A stretch of DNA of 54,654 bases, counting the filler, from Dimargaris cristalligena (Eukaryota), in assembly GCA_003614675.1 (NCBI GenBank). It is 2 parts of 2 records of this genome, joined end to end, with 100 filler letters (N's around TTAATTAATTAA, not from the genome) between each part and the next. Parts side by side here need not be neighbours in the genome. Positions count along the whole stretch, not along the records: positions 1 to 27,292 come from ML002520.1; 1 more part is not named here. One strand, 5' to 3'. A model generated the notes under the pieces. It was not told where the DNA came from. It did not search any database and saw nothing but the letters and a program-made list of their open reading frames with translations. Each line of letters begins with the position of its first letter. The stretch's first letter is position 1. Shown piece by piece: positions 1 through 13,594 of the stretch. The position numbers and the translations under genes are program-made.

Positions 1-693
1 CCTGGAGAAGCCACCCTGCCCTTTTGATATATTTTTGTTGTTCATTTTAGTGGCCTGACACCACCACTCTGTGACACCGGGGGGTACAATATGGCGCTAT
101 ACGGCCTGGTATGACGGCGGTCATATCGGTTGGATTAGGACGGATTAGGAGGGGCGATATATAAGAAAAGAAAATATAATATTGAAATAAGTGAAAAGTG
201 AGGAGCAAAGGGTGGATGTCCTGACTAAACCACTCTCCCCTATCTCTTTTTCCCGCTGTATCAGGCTTATTATGATGGCACCGGAGGCTCACTGAGCGGA
301 ATGTTGGACTGCATCTCCCCCCGAGTACCATTTACTGTATTGGGTATTTTGAGTGATCCTATTGGTCAAAACTACACTCAATAAATACCACTGCGATGAG
401 CTTAATTCTCATCTTGCAGTTCTTTCCTACTTTTATCCATCTTAAAATAAACTTCATCTTTAGTCTATCTCGGATTATCATTGAGAGAATCTGAGGTTAC
501 ACCAACAGGAATAATATCTAGACCAAGTCTATTTTGGTAGAAGAGATAATTGGGCCAATATAGCTCGACATTCCACTCTATAAATTATATATGCTATTGT
601 GGGGATTAAGTTGGGGTTGAAGGTGTTTATTGGTATATATATAAAAATATAGGTCAACGGTGCCGTTGATTATATGTTCGCCACGCCCCATGG

Positions 694-942
694 TTATTTT
701 TTAGTGGCCTTCTTGCGATTCTCCAAGTTATACAATACCGTACCTACGGCTTTTCCACTCTGTCGATAGATTTTTTTACAGTATGCCGCAACGCAGTTTT
801 TCGATTCATCGGGGATTCCAGTGCCGCTATCATTGGGACGCTTGATCCACTTGTTCTCGTGAACGAAGGATATCACACCACCGGCGACCAAGTGGGCGAG
901 TAGGGCAGTGATGACGAGAAGGTATCCATTAATTACGCGCAT
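694..942 (-). CDS. Putative small secreted peptide precursor (82 aa from ATG 942)
   Basis: MRVINGYLLVITALLAHLVAG looks like a signal peptide. It is followed by a dibasic KR (HENKWIKR), a C-x4-C pair and a basic tail. TATAAAAG lies on the minus strand near 1278-1285. No recognisable family; a possible donor (GTACGG) near 743 could change the C-terminus. Confidence 0.45.
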   Translation of the reverse strand: MRVINGYLLVITALLAHLVAGGVISFVHENKWIKRPNDSGTGIPDESKNCVAAYCKKIYRQSGKAVGTVLYNLENRKKATKK

Positions 943-3928
943 AGTGGAGAGTGGATAACCGGTCAATGAGAAATGGGTATGAATATATAAACGTGTGTGT
1001 GAAGGGGGTCAATAATTATGGACTGGGAAATGATTTCAATTGTGATATGGTTACGGAAAAGGAAAAGCAATAAAGAGTGGGCTAGTGGAAGCTGGATAGA
1101 GGGGGGGGATGTAGTAATGTAATCAATCCAAGAGGGAACAGAGTGAAATGATGAAAGGGGGTGGGGTGGGCCAGATGTGGAGATAAATAAAGTTACATGG
1201 GTACGGTAATGGTGGATAAGGGGAAAATAGAAGAGGAATGGGTTGATGGACTACACTTTCACCGAGCAAGGAGGCGTCTTTTATAGTGAACAACTGGCAA
1301 TATAACATACCCATGTAACAGCGTCTATACCCATAGATTAACTACCGAGTACGCTGTAGCATGGGACTAATGAATGTCTCCACCAACAGCGTGTCTCTCG
1401 TGTCAATCATCTCTTTTTCCTTCGCGTGTTTATCAACGGCCCCTACGTTTCCCCTCTATTTCCCGGCCCCCTTCCCTTCTCTTGGTTTGATGCGATTTTT
1501 CGGTCGCGGACACTCAATATAATTGGCCGCCGTAGTAATGCCCCCCTTTCCTTGCAATCCATATCAGGCTAGGGGTGCCAACTTCCAATACCCTTGCCTA
1601 GTTATCCGCTGATACGGGGGGTTTTTTTAATCTATCCACAGTGTAAACATCGATACAATCATTAAAGATCGGTGTTGGGTAGCACTTTGTGACCCTGGGC
1701 TAATCTGGTGATCCTATGTTGACCGTATAGTGGTTTATAGTGGTTAACTGCTGGCCATGGGCTTGGCGGGCCTTATCTGGGACCTTGTCTCCATAACACA
1801 TGGCCAAGGAGTAGAGGCTGCCAGTTTGCCATGGAAGTTACGGGTGGCCAGAGCAGACTGCCCTATATTTGGTACTAGAATACATAAGTGGTACTTCCCC
1901 AAAGCGCCCTACACCCTGCCAATCCAAAATCTGGCGGGTAGGTGGTGCCGATATAGGCATTGGGGTTTGAACAGGCGGGATAGATGGGCACTTGAATTTC
2001 CATGACCTTGGTGGCGGGGTTTTTCCACGACAGTATTATCTGACAATGGGCTGTTGAGGATAATATACGCCAGAACTTAGCATTAGACTAAGCCATTCCT
2101 ACCTTTAAGACTCCACAGTTTCTTTCGTCATGGTGCTGTTTCCATGGCTAGGCACTCCCAACTGAACTTAGGCAATAGGGCACTTGGTAAACTAGGAAAT
2201 ATATTGTGCGAGAGGGTGGTGGAGGTTGGTGGAGCTTGAAGCGAGTGTGCGGAAATATGGACAATTAATACCAGTGGCCAAAGTCCAACCTAGCCATATA
2301 GTCTCCTATGAGAGGTTCTAATAACTAGGCATTGTGCCCGCGACTATATAATTACTATCTTAAAATGTGGCTGCGTTCAATTAATAGTATGGCGTATATC
2401 TACCAACTGGAGCAACAACAGCGCCTGACTGACCCTGGGTCTATTGAACCACTCTCATTCCCCCAGCCATTTTATGAGGTAGATCAGTTTTGTTTATAGA
2501 GGGCCCTTATCAATGTTCTCTGATATGTGTTCCTTTATGTTTGTCATAACCAAAGTTTTACCTCAAGCCTCAGGATAATAATCGTCAAAATAGCCTGGGC
2601 CGGAAATAGTCCTACTTCCCTCCATCACTTACACGCCTGGTTCCGTGTTATTTCATGCGCAATATTCTCACTATTTGTATGCATATGAGGGGTGGGGCTC
2701 CTTGGGATTTGACCAGAAATACACCATTTATACCTAAACTACCCCATTTCCTCCTACCCTGTTTATGAATATTATAGGTACTTTCTACTGCTCCTTTGCC
2801 TTTATCCGATCTTTACTTACCACATTTCCTTGGCAATCGTTCCCAGTTATCTTCTGGATTTATTAAATTATTCCTTCTCAAACTAAAAACCAGCGATATA
2901 TATAAATGAAATATAACGTAGAAGGATAATAGCAAGTCGATTGCAATTATATTACGCTAGTATATTAATATGTTCCTAGCGATTACTGACATAACCTAGC
3001 ATGTTAGATCCTATAATCAGAGTTATTTAAGAATCTCGGCCCGAGGGTTCTAGCGGTTTATTGTATAGGAGTAAACATGTAGTGGGTTCTAATTTTACAA
3101 CAGCATTATTATTATATAATCCCTTTTACTTTCCACAATCCAGCTATCCGCTACTTCTCAATATTTTTAGTGTTGGTACCTAACAGCATTGAGCTTTCAG
3201 TCTCATATACATTACTTTTTCAAGAATTGTCTCCAAATCTTAGTCACAAGAAAGGAAGTCGAAAAATGAAGTATATTACATTGGGGGATTTTGGACTTTC
3301 GAATACCGTTTTTTTTTTATAAATCAGGGTAAGCATTTAAATGCATAATACCTTAATTCATTACAAAAACCATTTTACTTATTTCAAATGAATTAGAGTT
3401 AATTCTTGCAAATACAATACACCAGGGTTATATAGGGATGGCAACTCACCACTATCATCCTTACGGCAACTAGCCCTGGCTCGTTTTGACCGGAGTTTAT
3501 TTATGGCCATTCAAAACCCAAATGTATTTTTTAATCAAATTGCTATTATAAGGGATCTGTCTAATCGTTGATTAACCAGTAATGAAGGGAGTGGGAGGGG
3601 GTAGCAACTCCCGAAAAACATAAATCTAGGTCATTCGCAGACAGTATACCCGAATCCGAAAGAACTCTGGTAGAAAACGACTCAAAGCATCATCTTAGGC
3701 ATGAAAACCCCCCTCGAATGAGTGCAGTAAAGAATTATATATAGAGAGTCGTATATATATATAATACAACGTAGGACGAGAATAGAGAGGTATTTGGTAA
3801 GACGGAAAGTAAATAAGGAAAGATAAACAATGGTCTCAAAATCAAAAAAAATAATCAAACTGATATCACTCTGAAGATATTTAATGGGTGCTATTATATT
3901 TCCATAGGGGAGGAACTCCGTTGACTAG

Positions 3929-5856
3929 TTACACGGTTCGTTTGGATCCGACTACCTTATTCCCCAAGCTCACTTCGGATTCGTCGTCTGAGCCGTCCCA
4001 CACCCAGCTGTTACTCGACAGCCGAACCCCACTAGGCCTAGTAGCGGGTAAATGGTTGTTAGTGGACGACGGTGGGTACTGGTGCTGATTATTGTTGGTA
4101 GAGTTGATATGCATCCTCTCGGGCGAATCCAATGGCGTAGTATGTTGGCGAAGTACCGGACTTGATATATCTCCGAATCCGTCGGGACCCCCGATGGTCG
4201 TACTATCATCCGGTGAGTCGGGGGGAATCTCGGCGAGACTATCGATGGCCCGCTGGGTAAGCCGGTAGACATATACCATCACGCCTAGACCGACCCCGAA
4301 ACCGAGCAGCATCAGGACCACTTGCCAACCTGCCATACGCTCGAACAGATGGTTGGAGAAACTGGTTAGGTTGGCGCCCACATAGACATGGGTGATGAGT
4401 TTGAGCAGACTAATGGCCGTCGCGATGGAGTAGGATTTGAGCGTGATATTGGTTCCCGATAGTAGTGCGTTGATAATGGTGAACGGGTACGGCGAAATAC
4501 GGATCAGTAGAAGCAGCTGTAGGTAGATAAACACAGACATACTAATACAGGCGGTGGATTAGTGGGCAAGGCATATTGTTCAATAGGGTGCGATGCAAGG
4601 CCTACCTAAGCCATCATATTACCAATCGATTAAAAACAATCTACAATAATGCGTTCCCCCAAAAGATTGCCTACCTTGAACCCCTTCTTCTCAATGGCCT
4701 TAACCGCGGCTGTGATATGGGGATTCCAGTTAAACACCCATTGAATATGGTGCTTACCATACCGACGGCATAGCATAAAGCAGGCAATCGCCCCAGTAAG
4801 GGCCCCGATGAAGGCTGGTAAAAACCCAAGGGGGAATCCGTAAGCGAAGCCGGATAGGGTCACTGAGGTCGAATAGCCCATCATGGGCGGGAAGGCGGTG
4901 GTGAAAATGAAAAGGGTCATGATGACGGCGCCACTGAGTGTAGGGGATAGTAGTGAGAATATAAAATATAGCGGTGATACCTCCGTATTGTTAGTACCGG
5001 CTAGGGTTACGAAATAGAGTGAGCTGGGTGTCTCTACCGAACGCCCCGAGACACGGCTCTGGCTATAAAATAGCCGCGATTTCAGGCAGGGGTTGGGTAA
5101 GAAGACCAGCAACGACGAGAAAGTCTACAGGATACTTCAAGCTTGGGGTGAACCATAACCGACCGGTCATTGACCTTCTCCCAGTGTCTCTAGCCACGTC
5201 CGAACAAATATATATATATATATATGCAAAGATAGAGCGTGCGGAAGAGAAGCAGCCGCCGTCACTCAGCCAACTTACATTAATCCCGTCTCCCGAATTT
5301 TAAGACCGATATGTTCTAGCCATTCCAGGATAGGTTTGTGGTACACCCAGAATACTCCCCCCGACAAGGCCATCAGCATGAACATAAAGGCAAATGGCAG
5401 CCAAGGGTGGCGATTGAACAAAGCCATCACCCGGCCCATCGTGGAGTCGACCGCCTCGGCCGCCACGGTGCCGTTGTGTTCGAGGAGGGAGAATGTCGAT
5501 GGACTGCCGCTCAGGGGCTCGAGGTCCAAGTCCACATCGACGCCGGCATGGTCCCGGTCCCGGGTGCGGCGCTGACCGCCGCTACCTACGACGGTGGACC
5601 CCTCCTGGTCATCCTCGCCGTGACTCGAATCACTCTTATCCTCCTCCGTATGACTAAACGAGGTCCGGACGGTAGGCATGGCGCCATGGGGTAGGCTGGG
5701 ATGGGTTGATATGGCGATGCGGGTACTGGTGCTTTCACCAACCGGATGGTCATCGCTGGGATCGGTGGTGGCCACGGAGTCGTACTCCCCGTGTTGAGTA
5801 CCTCGTCCCGACATGGTGTTATTAGAACGCTGGCGGGTGACGCGGAGGGTCGGCAT
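3929..5856 (-). CDS. TVP38: TVP38/TMEM64 (SNARE-associated Golgi, VTT/DedA domain) membrane protein; exons 5856-5279, 4933-4675, 4516-3929 (474 aa)
   Basis: Family motifs FTTAFPPMMGYST..LSGFAYGFPLGF, AIEKKGFK|LLLLIRISPYPF and multiple TM segments. GTAAGT/GTAGGC donors and CAG acceptors give one open frame of 1425 nt. Confidence 0.9.
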
Positions 5857-7265
5857 TCACACAAAAATTGGGTAAAGAGTGGGAAAAGGAAATTTAATAA
5901 ATGGGGAGATTATATATATATATATATATACGTATATAGATATGGGATAGTCGATAGTTATCCCAAAACAAGGTCAAGTGTAACAAGGGGAACGACTATA
6001 CACCCATTTCATTGAATAGAAGGGCTACTGATGCATGGTAAACCAAAGGTCGAGTTTTTTTTTGGGGGGGGATGGGTAGAGACTAGAGAATTTCGGGGAG
6101 CAAGATTCAAAGTACATCCTGGGGGACGGTACAAAGTAAATTGGGTTGCTCATGCTGACCAATACGATAATATTACGGACTTACTTTGAAGTTGGGGTTG
6201 GGCCACAGTTCGCATAGGCTATTTGATTAAACCTGGGTGCGTAGCCTTGTGTAGGGGGCTCTATGGGTTATAAGGCCGAAGGGTGAGGGGACAAAGAGGA
6301 CTGAAAGGGGAGAAAGCACTCTACTGTACGGCTTGTTTTTAATAGTCCAAGAAGTGCAGAGGAAATAAAAATATTAGAAAAACTTACGAGCTCGTGAAGC
6401 AGCTGTTGTGAAGTACGGCAACTTCCAACCGAACTTAGAAACTCGACAAAGTGAACATTATGGATATAGAAAAAATAATTGTAAGCCTAAGGGGGGAGGA
6501 ATCAAGTAACACTTGGCAAAAGGTGAAGAAGAGGTGTGGATAGTGCCAAGAAGTTTAGGCTATTTGTGGCTAAACAACCATCGCTTGGGTACTACGCAAT
6601 GCCATGCTAATAAAATAAATACCACAGTAGGCCTCTCCCATTGCGATGGATGGCTCAGTTCCTCTACACCAGCGCCGATCTAATAATATACTGAGAGTTT
6701 TAGGCCCAGTAGGAATGCGAAAATGAAGACGGTTTTTAGCCAGAGTTATTAAAGATGCCGTAGTTGGTCACAACCATCATAACCACTTGGTAAATTGAGA
6801 ACTGCACTGCCACTTACTTATCTTTGGCAAGTACAAATGGGCGATCAAATAAAAGGCATCCAACTATTCTGGGGATTACGCCACCTTATATTACACGCAA
6901 GCCCCTATTACCTGCAGGCCAGTCTAGGTTTGGCGGGACATTGATTATTATCCGCGGTGGCATGGTTCGTATTATCTGGGCCGAGAAAGAATCCCCGACT
7001 CGGTTGTCGCTACCAACATGAGGGTTGGAGGTTTTCTACCTCTCTATGCCGTATCATTTATGAGTGGGCTGGGCGGTTCATGTCCAATGTGCCATTAAAA
7101 CGATGCCTAGCCAAGGAGCAGTAGATATTGCAGAGGGTGTTTTATTGGCGGATAATTTAAACTGAGATGCAGCGATATAAAAAATCGAGCATTACTATAG
7201 ATAGCTAAACCAACAACAGATGTACGCTTATAGTAATTTGTTTTGGACAACTGCGATATTAATCA

Positions 7266-7409
7266 ATATGGGAAATATTCAGCCAGGCTGTATAGCGAAG
7301 AATCCGTTGGATGAGGCGAATATTACTTGTTAAAAATTGTTATCCCGTCTATTTTCCTGTACACTTATCATTCAATATCTTTTACAGCTGGGCCGAATTT
7401 CACCCATAT
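7266..7409 (-). mobile_element. MITE-like dispersed repeat, copy 1 (reverse orientation)
   Basis: Reverse complement of the 11146-11291 element; ends atatGGGAAATATTC ... GAATTTCACCCatat; shares the internal GGATT(T/C)TTCG(C/T)TATACAGC block. Confidence 0.8.
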
Positions 7410-10400
7410 ATTTTTCGAGGTCAACGCAAAAGGTGATGGTGGTCTACAGTAGTAAATTAGGGATTTTCCCCATCGGCAGTCCGAGACAGTTATTTTGAAT
7501 ATTGGATAATAAGAATCTACCAGGGTAAGTAGACGATGGGTAATTAGGAAATTAATAAAAGGTTGAGTTCATTACTTCACAAAATAACTGAGAGGAGTGG
7601 AGAGTGCGCCAACTGTCATTGCAGGAGTGAGAAATCAAACCACCAATATAGTGTACATTTTCATTCTTTTACAAGGCTAACTCCAAATGAAGTGAAGGGG
7701 TGAATACCTGGCAAAAAGGCATGGAGGATCCATTCTCCAGTCGAAAAACTACCAAGGTAGCGGTTGATTCCATACATGGGCATATTCCTTGGGGTAACTA
7801 TTAGTGGCCCTAGGAGGAGGTGATCGGTGGGAATAATCCACAATAAATTAAATTAAGGGATTAGATAAACGATCTTAAAGTAAGGAATACGTTCTTACAT
7901 GCAACGCAACCGCCAGCCCTCTGACATACTCTACCTCACAAATGGTTCCATCGACCTTTAGTGAGACGGATGCGCAGCTGCGAATATAAATTTGTAATCC
8001 GGCATTGGAAATCTACTATACAATGGGCGCCTGGCTTTGCCTGTTGGATCCTTAATGGCAGTAATCTACAGTTCGTTGTACTCGACAACTGAAACAGCCA
8101 GATATGGATGGCCAGGATGTAAGATGGTTTCCATAATTTGGCACTCCGGGATAGTCAAGACAATTCATCCCAAAAAGGGGATACAGCCTCTTTAAAATTA
8201 ATGCTAAGCCAACTTATCTGTGGGGCATGTCATCACGTTTGCCAAGAGTGCCTGTTGGTCCTCTTCATAGCAGGCTATCCCAGAAACAGTATGGGCTACA
8301 CTAAGTACTACAGGCCGAGAGAAACGGGATGCCCCAGCTATTGCTAGACTATGGTTTTTGCGACTTACAACTTTCCCTGGCCGACCGATAATTAGATGTA
8401 CTGTTAAAAGGAAATACCCCTACTAGAATACATCTACTATTTGAATAAATGTATAGAGGTTGGGGCGAGAATATAGTTGAAACAAGATAGGGATGGACCT
8501 TCTCGATACCACTGCCATAATGTATACCGACTAATTAATGCCCCTTGCATTAGTTCCTTGGAACCCCTTTACATTATAGTTCGAGATAATAGGAGAGTGC
8601 CTAATAAGTGGAGGCTTAGGGGGCATAGGCAGGGCGAATTGATAGACAGCATTATTAGTAGATGGCACTAGCGCAATCGGCTTGACGACGATATCCTAGC
8701 CTTATTTTACGTCCCCTACTACATTTGGGGGTATTATTCACGGATACTGGACCAATTTAGCCTGATTAAAGTCCTTTAGTGCTAGACCCCTCCCTGCCTC
8801 TTCCAAGTGATAGTCATCTAGCCGTGACGAATAGGCATTACCGGCTGGGGGATGACCTAGTCATATTCCTGCTTTTGCTTTCTGATTTCCCATTGACTGC
8901 AGAATAGGCGGGTATTGCGCTCGAATGCTGCCTTTCGAGAAGAATCAGGTGGTCCAAGGCTGTGATTGTCAGTTGACCTTTTAGAAGGGTTCGTGGTGTG
9001 GGGGAAAGAATGAAGGGAGCAGCAAAAGAAAAAGAGAGAGAAGGAGGGAGAGGATTCGGGTGCGGGAACGGGAACGGGGGAAGAGGAGGAGGAGGAGGAG
9101 GAGGCAGGGGGAGGAACGAGGGGAGGAGGAGAGAGATACGAGCGATAGGGGGCTGGCCGACCCCCCATAGTCGCCCTAGCCACCGAAACTATTCACGGCT
9201 CATTCATATTCACCCTACCTGTGGGTTATACAGAATTTACCCGGACCTGGGGCCCTGGAACCGTCCACCAATTGGTACCCCGTCGAAAAAGTACAAGCCC
9301 GATGCGCCCTCTCTCCCCCCTCCTCCTCCTTCACAGCCACTAGTACCTTCTGGGACAGTGCTTTGACCGCGCTGATACCGGACATATTGATTTAATCAGT
9401 TGTATCGTATACCTAATTTTGGCCCCGAGGAACTTCACATCAAACGATACTTCCGCTGGTTTTCACAAGGAGACTGTACTTAAATAATAAGATCGGCGGT
9501 GGAATCAACCCTAATTGGGGCATAATATCGACCCTGCTAGGTACTTCATCATATAAACAGTAACGGTCGGAAAACGGGGATTTGGCAACATGTTAGTTAG
9601 CCGGGATAATGGACCGGAATGGCCTATTTTCACACCCTCTCTTCCATTATCTACGATTTAGTGATCTATGGAATACCCTTATATCCCCACATACACACTT
9701 CCAACCACGCCCTAGAGTCGATACGGAGTGTAAACAAAAGGTCGTGTGGATGTCGGAAACTGATGCACGGGACAATGGGTTGGATGTGATAAAGAAGGGT
9801 AAGGAGTCAAAGGAGGGCAATCGATTCAAAGCTCCCGCTGGTTTTATTTGAATATATTTTTAAATTTTTTGGAGGGCGTTGGGGGGAAAGGAGTTAATGG
9901 GAGCTTCCCGCGCCCAGTGTCGTCCATCGGCTTCTAGGATTCCGATTACAAGGGGGGCCTCGTACCTTGGGAGTCTATCAGCAGGGCTACACCTCCGCTT
10001 GGTCCATTGTACTGACGCGCTCGGATAGCGCCGTATTGTTATGTACGGGTTTTATATTTTTATTTGCAACCCAACTTTTGGCTGGCGTATACGTCTGTCT
10101 CCCCAACCGATGATCGTACTTGGGCCAGCCTAGCCAACCTTAACCCCCTTCCTGTCCAAATGTCATATAAAAGGCAACCATGGAGACGCATCCTATGGCT
10201 CATCCTCATCAATCTTGCCTTGCCTTCAGCGTGCATCAGTGTCACCCCCACCAGGTCCTTGGTGCTTAAATATCCGCCTATCCATTCGATAGCCACTATT
10301 CTCCCACCCGTCCACGTCGCTGCTTCGCTAGCCCGATCATTCCCTCTCCATAGACACACGCCCCTTCCCAATCTACCTCCCCTTCGCTCGCACGTTCGCC

Positions 10401-10435
10401 CATTCATCCATCGGTCAGTCGGAATCCTAGTGAAC

Positions 10436-10537
10436 ATGTACGCCCCGGTCGTTCATCGCACCCCCCAACCCAATTACCCGCCCGTCGTGGACGGCAACTG
10501 CCCCGACAGCCCCACCCTGCCCCCGGAAGATCGGTAA
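10436..10537 (+). CDS. Candidate 33-aa Pro-rich microprotein MYAPVVHRTPQPNYPPVVDGNCPDSPTLPPEDR
   Basis: Codons are C/G-ending like the real genes here. TATAAAAG at ~10166, a pyrimidine-rich leader and AATAAA at ~10968 frame it, and there is no other gene between 5.9 and 12.4 kb. No homology recognised. Confidence 0.3.
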   Translation: MYAPVVHRTPQPNYPPVVDGNCPDSPTLPPEDR

Positions 10538-11145
10538 TTAGCCCCTCCCTTTGGTGTCGTTTCCCGTGCAAGGCCCACCATCCGGATATCCCTATATCTA
10601 TCTCACCACCCCTCGTCCCCGCCATCTCCTATAACCTTCACCATGAAAAGGTGCTAGCCAACAACAACAACAACATCTACAAAATAACAAAAAACCAAAA
10701 AAAAAAGATGATGACCATTCAAGTAGACCACCTACCGTCTGTTCGCTGCTTTATTATTTGAAATGATTTTTGCCCGCCGCCTGTGGTGACAATATCGTTC
10801 AATTCGTGTACAAAGTCGGTTTCCCCCAATCTCCTAAACAGAAGAGTGGAATTAAATTATTGGGTAAAAAACACTCATATAACTCTATATGTGGATCTTG
10901 CTGCCTTCTAATTTATCGGAGTTTCCTCGTTCAGATTTATACAGTTTTATTTTTCTAACAAAAAAAGCAATAAAGGATTTGGCGCTATATTAATACGGTG
11001 GTTGATATATTCAGTCTGGACTTCATTAAAAAACATATAAGAGAGTAGGAACAGCGAGCCAACACTACACCAGCTAAACAAGAGCCTCTGTTCCCAAAAT
11101 TATTATCATGAACCATGGCTAGAGAGAGGGCTTTGGTGGAGTATA

Positions 11146-11291
11146 CATATGGGTGAAATTCTGCCCAGCTATATAAGGGCTTGCATTATATGTGTATGGG
11201 AGAATATATGGGAAATGTATTTTTAACTAGTAATATTGGCCGAATCTAATGGATTTTTCGTTATACAGCTTGGATGAACTTCTCCCATATG
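11146..11291 (+). mobile_element. MITE-like dispersed repeat, copy 2
   Basis: Imperfect terminal inverted repeats CATATGGGTGAAATTC / GAACTTCTCCCATATG; non-coding, 146 bp; homologous copies elsewhere in the window. Confidence 0.85.
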
Positions 11292-12490
11292 GATGACATG
11301 CATAATTTCCATAGCCACACACGCAGGATAATTACATCCCATTCGTTGTAATCCCCGCTATGAGCATTAAAGCTGCCTCGATATAGTAGTGGTTGGTTTG
11401 GGTCAATATCGGTCAATCGAAATGATGTACTCATCATGAGCAAAGCCACGTCTCCCTCCCCCCCCCCCACCTACCACGACAATCCCCCCCTCCTGCCCAC
11501 ATATAGGCCAAGAAAAGATAAACGGCGGGACACATTCACTTTCCAAGCCCAGTCACAAGACACAAAACAATACACCACGCACCTTCCTAATTTGGTATTA
11601 CAGAGCTAATCCCTACTATTATACTATATTATTGGTATTGGCATAGTCACCTGCGCATACCAAGCCACGGGACCCAAATGTGAAGATAAGATGTGTTTAT
11701 TTTCCAGGACAATAGGGAGGTTATGTATAGATACGGAATAGTATATACTGAAGATCGGATTCAACATAATGGGTGGAGTTAAAGGGGTAGATATAAAAGG
11801 GTGAACATATAGCACGATCCGGTGGACACATGTGGTGCGGGGCGGGGCAATTAGTGCTTAGCAAGTCCGGCACCAATAGAAGAGCGAAGGGCATTATGCA
11901 TATGACCTATCGTCGAGGCCAAGGGGAGTGAATAAAAAAGCGAACCGGTGGGGGAGTATAAAAAGAAGGAGGCCATAAGTACATCGAGGGAGTAATAATA
12001 GCAATAGGAAAGCATAGGAAAGTAGGTAGGTAAATGGGGGGGAGGATGAGAAATGAGAGTCAAGCGTAATCGGCACGTGGTGGTGTAAACGTACAGGAAT
12101 GATAAGGGAGAAGGGGTATAAAATAATCAAATAGTAACGAAGAAGGAAAGTGCGTCAACTAGCCTAAATAGATGCAGTGGGTGGACAAGCCCTTGTTTTC
12201 CCTCCAATCGTGGGAGGCTAAGCCATCCGAACCTCATCAACGGCGCAGGCGGGATATATGCATGCGGCTGAGAAGGGAAAGGGAAGGGGCAATCGTGTAT
12301 CACAGGGACGATGAGGTGGGTGGAGCAGTTGGCTTGCAACGGAATTAAACGGTGCATCCTGGTGCCACCTACACCTACCTATCTACAAGCACCCTCTCCC
12401 CCACCTGCTGCAAACGGAAGTGCCTTGCCACTATGACATTCCGGGACCCAAGTGATTGAGAGGGGGGGAAAGGTGCAGGGGAGGAGGGGG

Positions 12491-13594
12491 TTAGGAAGTG
12501 GCGGAGAATAGATAGGCGGGAACCGGTCCCGTCGCGGACGAGGCAACGGTGTGACTCAGATTGCTACCCAGAAGCCAGCCAAAGTAGTGCAGGAAGGCAT
12601 CCAGCGCCGGTTTGAAGAACTGACCCTGGCTCTCGGTAACATGGCGCTGCAGGTTGCGGCCCCACTCCTCCACGACCTGCTGGCCGTAGAGTTTCCCCTC
12701 GGTAAGCCGGCCCGCTGCGATACGAATAGCCCGCTGGTAAGCGTTGGCCAGCTCGCCCAGCAGCTGGGTCCGGATAGCGTTGTTCTCCACGGTGTCCCAC
12801 TGGGGCAACCGCAGCGCCATATCCGTAGCCGTCTGGAGAAAGGCAAACGACGTGGTGGTGGTAGTGGACGACAGACCTGCTTCTTCGCTGGTAAAATAGT
12901 GGGTATATTGGATAATGGAGTCCCGGAACTCCTGCAGTTGAGGGCGCACTCGTCGGAAGGAGTAGTCGTCGGTTGAGGGGCCCCATTTGGTATACGGGAA
13001 ACTGTCGTACAACTGCTTTTGCTGGGCCATTAAAGCCGCCGTGACCGTTTGCAGAGTCGGCTGGGGAGTCAGTTGCACAATGGCGTCTTCTATTAACGGA
13101 TCCTGCTCGGCGAGTTTGCCCAGGAGCACCACCAGCTGTTCTTTGTTTAGCGGTTCCAGCAACTTGTTCAGGGGCAGCTTGGCTAGCTGAACTTCCTTGC
13201 GGGTGCGCTTGGTTTTGTGGCTACCCAACGTAGGGGAGCCGGCCGGTTTAAACTCCCTGGAGGCGGAGGGGCTGTTGCGCCGCTGGGCGGAAAGTCGGTC
13301 TCGGCTAAAGTCCCGGGTGGGACGATTCGTCGGGGTCTTATGGGAAGAGCCAGGAGTATCAAAGGGCGAGGGCAGAGTACGAATACCGGGGGACGGGGAA
13401 CGAGACATCATGTCGGCATCGTCATCATCGGTCTTGCGTTTAGTGCCTCTCATGTTGTCGGCGGCATAGCCAAAGGGACTGGCGATGAGAGAGGCCAAGG
13501 CGCCGCAATTGGTGAATGGCGAGTGGGGTGAGTACGAGGAGCTAGTCTCCAGGATAGGAACCGACAAGCAGGGGGAGGCGGTGAAATCGGCCAT
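12491..13594 (-). CDS. STS1: Sts1/Cut8 nuclear proteasome tethering factor (367 aa, intronless)
   Basis: Bipartite-NLS-like RGTKRK...KRTRK, then LPLNKLLEPLNKEQLVVLL, PQPTL, SFPY and DDYSFRRVRPQL, which match the Cut8 domain pattern. Confidence 0.88.
   Translation of the reverse strand: MADFTASPCLSVPILETSSSYSPHSPFTNCGALASLIASPFGYAADNMRGTKRKTDDDDADMMSRSPSPGIRTLPSPFDTPGSSHKTPTNRPTRDFSRDRLSAQRRNSPSASREFKPAGSPTLGSHKTKRTRKEVQLAKLPLNKLLEPLNKEQLVVLLGKLAEQDPLIEDAIVQLTPQPTLQTVTAALMAQQKQLYDSFPYTKWGPSTDDYSFRRVRPQLQEFRDSIIQYTHYFTSEEAGLSSTTTTTSFAFLQTATDMALRLPQWDTVENNAIRTQLLGELANAYQRAIRIAAGRLTEGKLYGQQVVEEWGRNLQRHVTESQGQFFKPALDAFLHYFGWLLGSNLSHTVASSATGPVPAYLFSATS

Noticed and set aside
8857-9366. Gly/Arg-rich and Ser/Pro-rich ORFs
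   Set aside because: They arise from a purine-rich (GGA)n low-complexity tract, with no splice or codon support.
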